A stretch of 64,000 nucleotides of DNA from an uncultured Chloroflexia bacterium. Lineage in GTDB: Bacteria; Chloroflexota; Limnocylindria; Limnocylindrales; CSP1-4. Made by a program: the position numbers and the translations under genes. Below are positions 1 to 10,098 of the stretch, piece by piece (positions within the stretch are counted from its first letter, which is position 1; every line of letters starts with the position of its first letter). Under the pieces are notes generated by a model. It saw only the letters and a list, made by a program, of their open reading frames with translations. It made no database searches and was not told the DNA's origin. The stretch covers positions 180,859-244,858 of the forward strand of contig CAVOMZ010000013.1 in NCBI GenBank assembly GCA_963697135.1, in the 5' to 3' direction.

Positions 1-108
1 CTTACCATCGCCCGCGGCCTGACCGAGGCGATGGGCGCGCGGATCGAGGCAGGACCGAGCGAGCTGGGCGGCCTGGCGATCACCTTCCGCCTCTCATCGG
101 GCCAATGA
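1..108 (+). CDS. sensor histidine kinase, C-terminal end only (rest lies left of the window); paralog of the kinase at 2946-4526
   Basis: Frame 1 reads LTIARGLTEAMGARIEAGPSELGGLAITFRLSSGQ*, the end of an HATPase_c domain. It parallels the C-terminus of the 2946-4526 kinase (LAVVRGLIETMGGQINARPSELGGLAMDL). TGA 106-108 overlaps the next ATG (ATGA). Confidence 0.7.
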   Translation, partial: LTIARGLTEAMGARIEAGPSELGGLAITFRLSSGQ

Positions 109-866
109 GCGACCCCGGCGGAGCGCTCCTGCTCCTGGTCGAGGACGACCTGCCAACCCGTCGGGCGCTCGTGGCCAACCTGGCCGGGCACGGCCACCAG
201 GTGGACGAGGCCGGGACGGCCGCCGAGGGGCTGCGCGCCTGGGCGGCCCGCCGGCCCGACCTCGTCCTGCTCGATCTCGGACTGCCCGACCGCGACGGCC
301 TGAGCGTGATTCGGCAGATCCGGCGCGAGGCGGCGACGCCGATCCTCGTCCTGTCCGCCCGGGGCGACGAAGCCGATCGAGTGACGGCGCTCGAACAGGG
401 CGCGGACGATTACCTGACCAAGCCGTTCGGCCTGGCCGAGCTGCGGGCGAGGGTCAATGCCCTCCTGCGCCGGGCGGCCGGGCCGCTGGCCGATGCAAGC
501 GGCCGGCTGACGGTCGGCTCGGTGACCCTCGACGTGGCCCGCCGGGAGGTCCAGGTCGGCGGCGAGCCGATCGAGCTGACCCCGCGCGAGTACGAGCTGC
601 TCAAGGTCCTCCTCAGTCGGGCCGGCAGCGTGGTCACCCGGGGACGCCTCCTGCGGGCCGTGTGGGGCGCCGCCTATGCCGAGGAATCGCACTACCTCCA
701 CGTGTACGTGAGCCGGATCCGGCGGAAGCTGGCCGCGGCCGGCGCGCCCGACCTGATCGTGGCCGAGCCGGGCATCGGCTACCGGGTGCGCGCTCCAGGC
801 GACGGGCCCGAGGATGATCCGAGCGCGCCCTGGGCCCGGATTGAGGAATTCTTGAGCGCCTGTTGA
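105..866 (+). CDS. KdpE-like OmpR-family response regulator (copy 1)
   Basis: 253-aa ORF. Receiver motifs LLLVEDD, VLLDLGLPD and LTKPF. Winged-helix end AVWGAAYAEESHYLHVYVSRIRRKL...GIGYRV is typical of KdpE. Translationally coupled to the upstream kinase. Confidence 0.9.
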   Translation: MSDPGGALLLLVEDDLPTRRALVANLAGHGHQVDEAGTAAEGLRAWAARRPDLVLLDLGLPDRDGLSVIRQIRREAATPILVLSARGDEADRVTALEQGADDYLTKPFGLAELRARVNALLRRAAGPLADASGRLTVGSVTLDVARREVQVGGEPIELTPREYELLKVLLSRAGSVVTRGRLLRAVWGAAYAEESHYLHVYVSRIRRKLAAAGAPDLIVAEPGIGYRVRAPGDGPEDDPSAPWARIEEFLSAC

Positions 867-923
867 GGCCCGGCGGCCGGGCCCGCCCGCCGGCCTCTTG
901 GGGGCCGGCCCTACGGTCAGGCC

Positions 924-2931
924 GTGGAACCAGAGGAATCGCACGTCCCGAGTGACGGGATCGCCCTGCCCGGCCGCCGGCCGGGCGACCGGCGAGTCCG
1001 GGTGGCCCGCCCCCACTCGACCTACTTCCGGTACGAGGGGCCGGGAACCGTCACGGCCAAGCGCGAGGCGATCGCGCCGGTCGGCGTCCGCGAGACGGTC
1101 GCGACCGGCCTCCGCCGGACGGTCTTCGGGCGAGCGCTCGCCTCCGAGGAGGAGGGCGAGGAACGGCTGACCAAGGTCAAGGCCCTGGCTGTCTTCTCGA
1201 GCGACATGCTCTCGTCGGTCGCCTACGCCACCGAAGCCTCGATGTTCACCTTGCTCGCCGCGGGCACCGCGGCGCTCAGCCTGACCATCCCGATCTCGGT
1301 CGTCATCGTGGTGATCCTGTGGATCATCGTCATCTCCTACCGCCAGACGATCCGGGCCTACCCCAACGGCGGCGGGAGCTACATCGTGGCCAAGGACAAC
1401 CTGGGCACGACGGCCGGCCTGATCGCCGGCGCGGCCCTGCTGACGGACTACGTCCTGACCGTCTCGGTCAGCGTTGCGGCCGGGATCGCCGCGATCATCT
1501 CGGCCTTTCCTGGCCCGCTGGCGTCCTTCCGGATCGAGCTGTGCACCGTCGCGATCCTGGCGGTGATGCTGGTCAACCTTCGTGGCCTCCGCGAGAGCGG
1601 CACGGTCTTCGCGATCCCGACCTACCTGTTCGTCGTCATCACCCTGGGCATGATCGCGATCGGGATCAGCCGGACCCTGCTGGGCGACGCGCCCCAGGTG
1701 ACCGGCGTCGTGCCGGCCAGCGTGCCGCTCGAGTCGCTCAGCATCCTGCTGGTGATGCGGGCCTTCGCCGACGGCTGCAGCGCGATCACCGGGGTCGAGG
1801 CGGTCTCGAACGGGGTGCCGGCCTTCCGCCGGCCCGAGGCGGCCAACGCCCGGCTGACCCTGACGATGATGGGCGCCCTGGTGGCCATCATGTTCCTGGG
1901 GATCTCGACCCTGGCCGGGATCACCGGGGCCCTGCCGGCCGCCAACCACGAGACGGTGATGTCCCAGATCGGCCGGGCCACGTTCGGCACGGGTCCCCTG
2001 TACTACATCCTCCAGCTGGCCACCACCGGGATCCTCGATCCTCGCCGCCAACACGAGCTTCGCCGACTTTCCCCGGCTGGCCTCGATCCTGGCCCGGGAC
2101 GGGTTCATGCCCAGCGGCTTCGCCTTTCGCGGCGAGCGGCTCGCATTCAGCACGGGCATCGTCGCCCTGGCCCTCCTCGCCATCGTCATCCTGGTGGCCT
2201 TCGGCGGCACGGTCGATGCCCTGATCCCGCTGTACGCGATCGGCGTGTTCACCTCGATCACCCTGTCCCAGGCCGGCATGGTCCGGCACTGGCTCAACAA
2301 CAGGGGCGAGGGCTGGCGCAGGAGCGCCGCGATCAACGGCTTCGGCGCCTTCGCCACCCTGATCGTGACGATCGTCTTCGCGGTCGCCAAGTTCGCCCTC
2401 GGCGCCTGGCTGATCATCCTGATCATCCCGGTCCTCGTCGTGGCAATGCTCTTCATCCACCGCCAGTACGAGCGCCGCCGGCTCGAGACCCGGGTCCGGC
2501 CGGAGGCGATCATCCCGCCGCCAACCCGCCACCAGCGGGTGATCGTGCCAGTGCCCGAGGTGACCCGCGACGTGGTCCAGGCGATCCGCTTCGGCCGGAC
2601 GATGTCCGACGACGTGACCGCCGTCCACGTGACCGACGATCTCGAGCGGGGCGAGGAGCTCCGCGAGCGGTTCAGCCGGCAGCTGCCGGGGGTCCCCCTG
2701 GTGATCGTCGAGTCGCCCTATCGCAAGCTCGTCCGGCCGTTCGTCCGCTACCTGGAGTTCACGGCCCGCCAGGATCGCGACGAGCTGATCGTGGTGATCC
2801 TGCCCGAGTACGTGGCCCGCCATCGCTGGGAGCGGATCCTGTTCAATGAGAACGCCCGGCGGATCCGCGACGAGCTCCTGGGCAACCCGAACATCCTGGT
2901 CGCCCAGGTGCCCTTCCGACGCGACCTCTGA
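924..2931 (+). pseudogene. kimA: KimA-like APC-superfamily K+ importer with cytoplasmic C-terminal domain; one frameshift as assembled (near 2037)
   Basis: ORF 924-2849 (real to about 2036) continues in ORF 2107-2931. The joined protein matches Bacillus KimA block by block from memory: LTKVKALAVFSSDMLSSVAYATE, SYRQTIRAYPNGGGSYIV, GCSAITGVEAVSNGVPAF, (I)LAANTSFADFPRLASILARDGFMP, LIPLYAIGVF, VIVPV...VQAIRFG, VILPEYVARHRWERILFNENA. Removing G2037 (ATCCTC[G]ATCCTC) restores ILILAANTSF. The start (GTG 924) is uncertain. Confidence 0.75.
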
Positions 2932-2945
2932 TCGCGAGCCGCGCG

Positions 2946-4526
2946 ATGGAACTCCGGCTCGACTGGCTGGGTCGCCTGGGCCGACGAGCCGGCGGCCGGC
3001 GAACCGGCCTGGTCCTGCTCGGCGAGGTTGTCGCCCTGGCCGCGGCGACCGTCCTCGTCGCGCTCCTCAAGGGCCCCCTGCACGTCGGCAATCCGTCGGC
3101 TGCCTACCTCCTGGCCGTGGTCGTCCTGGCCGTCGTCTTCGGAACGAGGGCCGCCGTGGTCGGCTCGATCGCGGCCTTCCTGCTCTACGACTTCCTGTTC
3201 GTCGAACCGCTCTACACCCTGACCGTTTCGACGATCGAGGAGTGGCTGAACCTGATCCTCCTGCTCGTCGTGGGCATCGTCTGCGGCCGGCTGGCGGGGG
3301 CCCAGCGCGACCGGGCCCACGAGGCGGAAACGCGGGAGCGGGTCACCCGGGCCCTGTTCCGGATCAGCCGGGAGCTGGCCACCGCCCAGGTCGCCGCCGA
3401 CGGGATGGCCCCGATCGCCGGGCTGCTCGAGCGGGAGACCCGGATGGAGCGAGTCTGGATCGGGATCAGCGACATCGGCAGCCAGGAGCGGATCCTCGCG
3501 GATACAGGCTCGCCCCCGCCACCGCGTCCGGCTCCGGTCCACTTCGTCCTGCGCCGGATGCCCGGTGACATCCCGGCCGAATGGGTCAAGGTCCACGTTG
3601 CTGGCGGGACCCCGTCCGGCGGCCCGCGAGCGGCTGCGACCGGCCTGACGTTGCGCGTGGCAATCACCAGCGGGGACGTGGCCTACGGCTCGATCTGGGC
3701 CCGCCGGTCCCGGGAGGCCGGGCTGCCCGAGCCGCCCGAGACCCGCGTCCTGGCCGCCGCGGCCGACCAGCTGGGGCGGGCGCTCGAGCGGGACCGCCTC
3801 GTCCGGGAGGCGACCAGCGTGGAGGTCGCCCGGCGGAGCGATGCCCTGAAGAGCGCTCTGCTCGACTCCGTCTCCCACGATCTGCGGACACCCCTGGCCT
3901 CGATCCGGGCGGCCGCCGGCAGCCTGATGGACCCGGCGATCAGCTGGTCCGAGGAGGACGAGCGAATGGCCGCAGCCTCGATCGACCGCGAGGCAGACCG
4001 GCTCAACCGGCTCGTTTCGAACATCCTCGACCTGAGCCGAATCGAAGCAGGCGGCCTCGTCGCCCGGCTCTCCGCGTTCCCCCTCGACGACCTCGTCGAG
4101 GCGGTGGTGGAGCGGCTGGCCGCGGATCTCGCCGGGCATCGGATCGAGCTGGCAATCCCGGCCGACCTGCCGCCGGTCGACGTCGACGAGGTGTTCATCG
4201 ACCAGGTCCTGACCAATCTGCTCGAGAATGCGGCCCGCTATGCCGGGCCCCGCGCTCCGATCCGGATCACCGGACGGGTCCTCGACGAGCGGCGCGTCGG
4301 CCTGACGATCGAGGACGGCGGACCGGGCGTTCCGTTGGAGGCACTCCCCCGCCTGTTCGAAAAGTTCTACCGCGTGCCCCGGGCCGGCGAGGGTGCCCGC
4401 CGGGGAACGGGCCTGGGGCTGGCCGTGGTCCGCGGGCTGATCGAGACGATGGGCGGCCAGATCAATGCCCGGCCGAGCGAGCTGGGCGGCCTGGCCATGG
4501 ACCTCGTCCTGGGGGCAGCCGGGTGA
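2946..4526 (+). CDS. kdpD: KdpD-type sensor histidine kinase lacking the KdpD N-terminal/USP module (membrane DUF4118-like region, GAF-like region, HisKA, HATPase_c)
   Basis: 526-aa ORF with four N-terminal hydrophobic helices. H-box SHDLRTPLASI, N-box LTNLLENAARY, G-boxes DGGPGV and GTGLGLAVV. GTGA overlap with the next regulator. Confidence 0.85.
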   Translation: MELRLDWLGRLGRRAGGRRTGLVLLGEVVALAAATVLVALLKGPLHVGNPSAAYLLAVVVLAVVFGTRAAVVGSIAAFLLYDFLFVEPLYTLTVSTIEEWLNLILLLVVGIVCGRLAGAQRDRAHEAETRERVTRALFRISRELATAQVAADGMAPIAGLLERETRMERVWIGISDIGSQERILADTGSPPPPRPAPVHFVLRRMPGDIPAEWVKVHVAGGTPSGGPRAAATGLTLRVAITSGDVAYGSIWARRSREAGLPEPPETRVLAAAADQLGRALERDRLVREATSVEVARRSDALKSALLDSVSHDLRTPLASIRAAAGSLMDPAISWSEEDERMAAASIDREADRLNRLVSNILDLSRIEAGGLVARLSAFPLDDLVEAVVERLAADLAGHRIELAIPADLPPVDVDEVFIDQVLTNLLENAARYAGPRAPIRITGRVLDERRVGLTIEDGGPGVPLEALPRLFEKFYRVPRAGEGARRGTGLGLAVVRGLIETMGGQINARPSELGGLAMDLVLGAAG

Positions 4527-5248
4527 CGACGGACCTGGCCGGCGCCTCGATCCTCCTCGTCGAAGACGACCCCGACACGCGGCGCCAGGTCGCCGAGCTG
4601 CTCCGGCGACACGCCTATCGGATCAGCGAGGCCGGCGACGCCGCCGCCGCGATGTCGGCCTTTCGGGCCGGGCCGCCGGACCTGATCCTGCTCGACCTGG
4701 GACTGCCCGACCGCGACGGCCTGACCGTGGTCGAGCAGGTCCGCTCCGCCGGACCGACCCCGATCCTGGTCCTGTCGGCCCGCGACCGCGAGGCTGACAA
4801 GGTCGCCGCCCTGGAGGCCGGTGCCGACGACTACCTGGCCAAGCCGTTCGGAATGGCCGAGCTGCGGGCGCGAATCTCGGCGATGTTCCGGCGGGTCGGG
4901 ACGATCGGTCCGAGCGGCCGGCCGGCCGATGACGGCGTCGTCCGGGTCGGGCAGCTCGCCCTCGACCCGACGACGCACAGCGTCCGGGTTGGCGCTAACC
5001 CGGTCCACCTGACACCCCTCGAATTCAAGGTCCTGGGCGTTCTGCTCGCCCACCCGGGCGGGCTGGTGACCTATGGACGGCTGCTCCGCGAGGTCTGGGG
5101 GGAGGCCTACGACGAGGAGGCCCACTACGTCCACGTCTACGTCGGCCAGATCCGCCGGAAGCTTCGGAAGGCCGATCTGGAAGGCCGGCTCAATGGCCTG
5201 ATCGTGCCCGAGCCAGGCGTCGGATACCGCGTCCTGCCTCCGGCTTGA
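4523..5248 (+). CDS. kdpE: KdpE-like OmpR-family response regulator (copy 2)
   Basis: GTG 4523 is in the frame of ORF 3581-5248, whose upstream part is overprinted on the kinase. ILLVEDDPDTRR, ILLDLGLPD, LAKPF, EVWGEAYDEEAHYVHVYVGQIRRKL...GVGYRV. Confidence 0.85.
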   Translation: MTTDLAGASILLVEDDPDTRRQVAELLRRHAYRISEAGDAAAAMSAFRAGPPDLILLDLGLPDRDGLTVVEQVRSAGPTPILVLSARDREADKVAALEAGADDYLAKPFGMAELRARISAMFRRVGTIGPSGRPADDGVVRVGQLALDPTTHSVRVGANPVHLTPLEFKVLGVLLAHPGGLVTYGRLLREVWGEAYDEEAHYVHVYVGQIRRKLRKADLEGRLNGLIVPEPGVGYRVLPPA

Positions 5249-5317
5249 GCGATCCTTGAGCGTCGGGACGGGTCAGGGACCTCGTCGCCTCTTGGGGCCC
5301 GGGCGGATCGTGGGGGC

Positions 5318-5587
5318 ATGAACAACGCACCGTCCATCGACGACGAGCTGGCCCGGCAGTCGATCGGCCGCGAGGTCGAGCTGATCTCCGGGGCGATCGA
5401 CATGGTCGCTTCCGGCGGCTCGCCCGCGATCACCCTGGCCGGGCTCGAGTTCGGACCGGCGCTGGTCCAGGCCTGGTCGGACCGGGCGACCGCCGCCGGT
5501 GTCGCCCTTGAGCCGCTCTGGCACCCCGACGACACCGGTTGCGACATCCGGGTCCAGCGTGCCCTCGACGAGACCGAACGTGACTGA
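5318..5587 (+). CDS. hypothetical protein (89 aa)
   Basis: ORF with protein-like, non-Arg/Pro-biased composition. Its stop overlaps the likely GTG start of the next gene. No family recognised. Confidence 0.35.
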   Translation: MNNAPSIDDELARQSIGREVELISGAIDMVASGGSPAITLAGLEFGPALVQAWSDRATAAGVALEPLWHPDDTGCDIRVQRALDETERD

Positions 5588-6011
5588 AACAGCGCCGCCT
5601 CAGCGCCCGATCCTCCTGATCGACGACGACGAAACGCTCGTCGAGCTGATCGAGCGGCACCTCCAGGCCCACGGCTACCCGGTCGTCACCGCCGGATCCG
5701 TGGAGGCCGCACGGGCCCGACTGGCAACGGATCGGCCGGCCCTCGTCGTCCTGGACATCAACCTCCCGGACGATTCCGGCTGGGCCCTCCTGCGCGAGGG
5801 GATCCTGGAGGATGCCGGCTCACCGCCGGTCGTGATCATGAGCGGGACCCAGGTCCGGCCGGAGCGTCTCCGCGCGTTCCAGGTCGCGGGCTACCTGCCC
5901 AAGCCGGTCTCGATGAGCCTCCTGACCTCGTGCATCGGCCGACTGATCCGCCAACCGGGCGGGACCGACCCGACGGCCGAGCTGAAGGCCGCCCGGGACG
6001 TGCTCGAATGA
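5580..6011 (+). CDS. single-domain CheY-like receiver protein
   Basis: Reads PILLIDDDETLVELIE...LVVLDINLPDDSG...VVIMSG...YLPKP, so the acidic pocket, phospho-Asp, Ser/Thr and Lys are all present and there is no output domain. Start is GTG 5580, or further upstream in ORF 5499-6011. The stop overlaps the next ATG (ATGA). Confidence 0.75.
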   Translation: MTETAPPQRPILLIDDDETLVELIERHLQAHGYPVVTAGSVEAARARLATDRPALVVLDINLPDDSGWALLREGILEDAGSPPVVIMSGTQVRPERLRAFQVAGYLPKPVSMSLLTSCIGRLIRQPGGTDPTAELKAARDVLE

Positions 6012-6094
6012 ACGACCTGGAGATCGGACTGATCGGGCTGGTGGTGGCCTGCGTCACGGCCGGCTACTTCTGGCTGTGCGACCGGGTGCGCTGA
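6008..6094 (+). CDS. 28-aa hydrophobic micro-peptide (MNDLEIGLIGLVVACVTAGYFWLCDRVR) immediately upstream of kdpF
   Basis: ATG 6008 overlaps the receiver stop, and its TGA 6092-6094 overlaps the kdpF ATG 6094. It encodes a single predicted TM helix. Too short for the ORF track; read manually. Confidence 0.45.
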   Translation: MNDLEIGLIGLVVACVTAGYFWLCDRVR

Positions 6095-6183
6095 TGAGCC
6101 CGATCGACCTGGTCACCGCAGTCGCCACGATCTTCGTCTTCGTATACCTGATCTGGGCCCTCCTCCGCCCCGAGGACTTCTAG
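6094..6183 (+). CDS. kdpF: K+-transporting ATPase subunit F
   Basis: The 29-aa peptide MSPIDLVTAVATIFVFVYLIWALLRPEDF has the KdpF-type ending (YL..ALL.PE.F). It lies 2 nt upstream of kdpA. Confidence 0.75.
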   Translation: MSPIDLVTAVATIFVFVYLIWALLRPEDF

Positions 6184-6185
6184 GC

Positions 6186-7895
6186 ATGGCCCTGCCCGAT
6201 TTCGTGACGCTTCTCGCCCTGCTCGGGCTGCTTCTCGTGGCAACCCCGGTCCTGGGCGGCTACATGCACCGCGTCTTCGAGGGCGAACGGACGATCCTGA
6301 GCCCCGTTGTCCGGCCGGTCGAGCGGGCGATCTACTGGGTCGCGGGCGTCGATGAGAGCGTCGAGCAGGGCTGGAAGGGCTACTCGATCTCGGTCCTGAT
6401 GCTGGCCCTCGTCAGCATCGTGGCCGTCTACCTGATCCTCCGGCTCCAGGCCAGCCTGCCGCTCAACGCGAACTCGGCCCCGGCCATGAGCCCGGACCTG
6501 TCCTTCAACACCGCGATCAGCTTCGTCACCAACACGAACTGGCAGAACTACTCGGGCGAGACCGCGACCAGCAACCTGGCCCAGGCCGGCGGGCTCGTCG
6601 TCCAGATGTTCGTGTCCGCCGCGATGGGCCTGGCCGTGGCCATCGCCCTCGTTCGGGGCCTGGTCCGCCGGAGCGCCACGACCCTGGGCAACTTCTGGGT
6701 CGACCTCACCCGCGGCGTGCTCTACGTCCTGCTGCCGATCAGCATCGTGGCGGCGGTCATCCTGATCTGGCAGGGCGTGCCCCAGACGTTCAATGCCCCG
6801 AGCACGATCACGACCCTCCAGGGCGCGCACCAGACGCTGTCGATCGGCCCGATCGCTTCCCAGGAGGCGATCAAGGAGCTCGGCAACAACGGGGGCGGCT
6901 TCCTTAACGCGAACTCGGCCCATCCATTCGAGAACCCGACGGGCCTCTCGAACTTCCTGGAGATGTTCCTGATCCTGCTGGCACCCTTTGCCCTGACCTA
7001 CACCTTCGGCCGCTACGCCGGCCGCCAGCGCCAGGGCTGGGTGATCCTCGGGGCGATGGCCTTCATCCTGATCGTCGGGGCCGTCTTCCTGATGCACTTC
7101 GAAGGGGCAGGCAACCAGCTCTTCCCGGCCGGGGTCGACCAGGCCCTCGGCAACATGGAAGGCAAGGAGGACCGCTTCGGCCCGGCCGTCAGCGGCCTGT
7201 TCGCCACGATCACGACCGACACGAGCACCGGCGCCGTGATCGCGATGCACGACAGCCTGACCCCGATCGGTGGCCTCGTGCCGTTGTTCAACATCATCCT
7301 GGGCGAGATCTCGCCGGGCGGGATCGGAGCCGGCCTGTACGGGATGCTCGTGATCGGGGCGATCCTGGCGGTCTTCATCGCCGGCCTGATGGTCGGGCGG
7401 ACACCGGAGTACCTCGGCAAGAAGGTCGAGAGCTACGAGATGAAGATGGCCATGCTCACCGTCCTCGTCCTGGCCGTCAGCATCCTCGGCTTCGCCGCCG
7501 TCGCGACGGCCACCCAGCCGGGCCAGGCGGGACCATTGAACGCCGGTCCGCACGGCTTCTCCGAGATCCTGTACGCGTTCGCCAGCGAAACCGGCAACAA
7601 CGGCTCGGCGTTTGCCGGCCTGACCGGCAACACGCCGTTCTACAACGTCCTGGGCGGCCTGGCGATGCTGATCGGGCGGTTCGGGATGATCATCCCGATC
7701 ATGGCCCTGGCCGGCTCGATGGCCGGCAAGCGCCGGCTGGCCCCGTCGCTGGGCACCTTCCCAACCACCGGCGTCCTGTTCGGCGTGCTCCTGGTCGGCG
7801 TCGTGGTGATCGTCGGCGCCCTGACCTTCTTCCCGGCCCTGGCCCTCGGCCCGATCGTCGAACAGCTCCTCCAGAACGCGGGAAAGGTCTTCTAG
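6186..7895 (+). CDS. kdpA: K+-transporting ATPase subunit A
   Basis: Intact 569-aa ORF, polytopic. KdpA blocks NTNWQNYSGE, KELGNNGGGF, GEISPGGIGAGLYGM, GNNGSAFAG. Confidence 0.97.
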   Translation: MALPDFVTLLALLGLLLVATPVLGGYMHRVFEGERTILSPVVRPVERAIYWVAGVDESVEQGWKGYSISVLMLALVSIVAVYLILRLQASLPLNANSAPAMSPDLSFNTAISFVTNTNWQNYSGETATSNLAQAGGLVVQMFVSAAMGLAVAIALVRGLVRRSATTLGNFWVDLTRGVLYVLLPISIVAAVILIWQGVPQTFNAPSTITTLQGAHQTLSIGPIASQEAIKELGNNGGGFLNANSAHPFENPTGLSNFLEMFLILLAPFALTYTFGRYAGRQRQGWVILGAMAFILIVGAVFLMHFEGAGNQLFPAGVDQALGNMEGKEDRFGPAVSGLFATITTDTSTGAVIAMHDSLTPIGGLVPLFNIILGEISPGGIGAGLYGMLVIGAILAVFIAGLMVGRTPEYLGKKVESYEMKMAMLTVLVLAVSILGFAAVATATQPGQAGPLNAGPHGFSEILYAFASETGNNGSAFAGLTGNTPFYNVLGGLAMLIGRFGMIIPIMALAGSMAGKRRLAPSLGTFPTTGVLFGVLLVGVVVIVGALTFFPALALGPIVEQLLQNAGKVF

Positions 7896-7898
7896 CTG

Positions 7899-10086
7899 AT
7901 GAGCCTCAATGAGTCGATCGAGCTCCTCAAGGGCACCCGCCGGTTCCAGCGGTTCGGCGGGCGAGGTGGCGGGCAGGCCGGCGGGCCGGCGGGTGCCCAG
8001 CGCCCCCGGGGGATCCTCGATCCGGACCTGCTCCGGGCCGCTCTCCCGGAGTCCGTGCGCAAGCTGAATCCGCGCTACCTGATCAAGAACCCGGTCATGT
8101 TCGTGGTCGAGATCACGGCCGCCCTGGTGACCCTGATCGCGGTCGCCAACGTGACCGGGTTCCAGCCGGTGAGCGGTCCATCCGGCTTCGGCTTCCAGGT
8201 CCAGATCGCGATCTGGCTGTGGTTCACCGTCCTGTTTGCGACCTACGCCGAGGCGGTCGCCGAGGCCCGCGGGCGGGCCCAGGCGGCGACCCTCCGCCGG
8301 GCGCGCTCGGTGACGCCAGGCCCATCGGCGGAAGAGCGATGGGACGCCGACGGGAGCCTCGAGCTGGTCGGCTCGGCCGAGCTCCGCCGGGGCGACGTCA
8401 TCGTCGTCCTCGAGGGCGAGACGATCCCCGGCGACGGAGACGTGATCGAGGGGATCGGCTTCGTCAACGAGTCGGCGATCACGGGCGAGTCCGCTCCCGT
8501 CCTGAAGGAGCCGGGCACCGACATCCGGAGCAGCGTCACCGGCGGGACGACCCTGACCAGCGACCAGCTGACGATCCGGATCAGCGCCGATCCGGGCGAG
8601 ACCTTCCTGGACCGGATGATCGCCCTCGTCGAGGGCGCCAAGCGCCAGCGGACGCCCAACGAGATCGCCCTGTCGATCCTGCTGGCCGGCCTGACGATCG
8701 TCTTCTTCCTGGCCGTGGTCACCCTCCGGCCATTCGGCGACTTCGCCGGCACGACGGTCGACACGGTCGCCCTCGTCGCCCTCCTCGTCTGCCTGATCCC
8801 GACCACGATCGGCGGGCTGCTGTCGGCGATCGGAATCGCGGGAATGGACCGGGTGGCCCGCTTCAACGTCCTGGCGATGAGCGGCCGGGCCGTCGAGGCC
8901 TCCGGCGATGTCGACGTGATCCTGCTCGACAAGACCGGCACGATCACCTACGGCAACCGCCTCGCCGCCTCGATCACCCCGGCCCCCGGCGTCACCGAGG
9001 AGGAGGCCGTGACGGCCGCCCTGGTCGCATCGGCCCACGACGAGACGCCAGAAGGCAAGTCCGTCGTCGAGCTGGCCCGACGGCGGCTGGCCGAGCTGAA
9101 GGCCCCAGGCGGCGCCGACGACGAAGCGGGCTTCAAGGCTCTCGCCGCCGCGATCATCGAGGACATCCCGTTCCGGGCCGAGACCCGCACGAGCGGGGTC
9201 CGGCTGGCCGGCGGCGAAGTCGTCCTGAAGGGTGCCGTTGATGCGATCGAGCACGACCTCGACGCCGCCCTGCCGCCGGCCATCCGGGACGAAACTGATC
9301 GCCTGTCCGACGCCGGCGCCACCCCCCTGGCGATGCGCCGGGACGGCCGGATCATCGGCCTGATTGAGCTCAAGGACACGGTCAAGGAAGGCCTCGTCGA
9401 GCGATTTGCGGAGTTCCGCCGGATGGGCATCCGGACGGTCATGGTGACCGGCGACAACCCCCGGACCGCGGCCACGATCGCCCGCGAGGCCGGCGTCGAC
9501 GACTTCATCGCCGAAGCCAAGCCCGAGGACAAGATCGGGTTCATCCGCAAGGAGCAGGCCGAGGGCCATCTCGTGGCGATGACCGGAGACGGCACGAACG
9601 ACGCTCCCGCCCTCGCCCAGGCCGACGTCGGGCTGGCCATGAACAGCGGTACGTCCGCGGCCAAGGAGGCGGCCAACATGGTCGACCTCGATTCGGACCC
9701 GACCAAGCTGCTGGAAGTCATTGCGATCGGCAAGCAGCTCCTGATCACCCGCGGCTCGATCACGACGTTCTCGATCTCGAACGACGTGGCCAAGTACTTC
9801 GCGATCGTGCCGGCGATGTTCGCCGCGGTCTATCCCGAGCTCAACCAGCTCAACATCATGGGCCTGTCGACGCCCCAGAGCGCGATCCTCTCGGCCGTCA
9901 TCTTCAACGCCCTGATCATCGTCGCCCTCATTCCGCTCGCCCTGCGCGGCGTCGGCTTCCGGCCGGCCTCCGGCGAGCGAGCTGCTCCAGCGCAACCTGC
10001 TGATCTACGGACTCGGCGGGATCATCGCCCCATTCATCGGAATCAAGGCGATCGACATCGTCGTGACCGCCCTTCACCTGGCATAG
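7899..10086 (+). pseudogene. kdpB: K+-transporting P-type ATPase subunit B; one frameshift near the 3' end as assembled (about 9972)
   Basis: Motifs [33 protein letters not shown]. After ...[11 protein letters not shown] the conserved tail (A)[36 protein letters not shown] continues in the next frame and ends at TAG 10084-10086. The in-frame reading to 10361 is Arg/Pro-rich junk. Confidence 0.95.
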
Positions 10087-10098
10087 GAAGCTCCTTTG

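Noticed and set aside
6180-9995. 1271-aa ORF on the minus strand opposite kdpA/kdpB. Similar giant antisense or out-of-frame ORFs occur at 12454-15765, 41735-44374, 53157-55577, 924-2849 (distal part), 3581-5248 (proximal part) and 42683-45280 (upper part).
   Set aside because: They are Arg/Pro/Gly/Asp-rich with no recognisable motifs and lie exactly opposite or out of frame with strongly conserved genes. Stop-poor alternative frames are expected in very GC-rich DNA.
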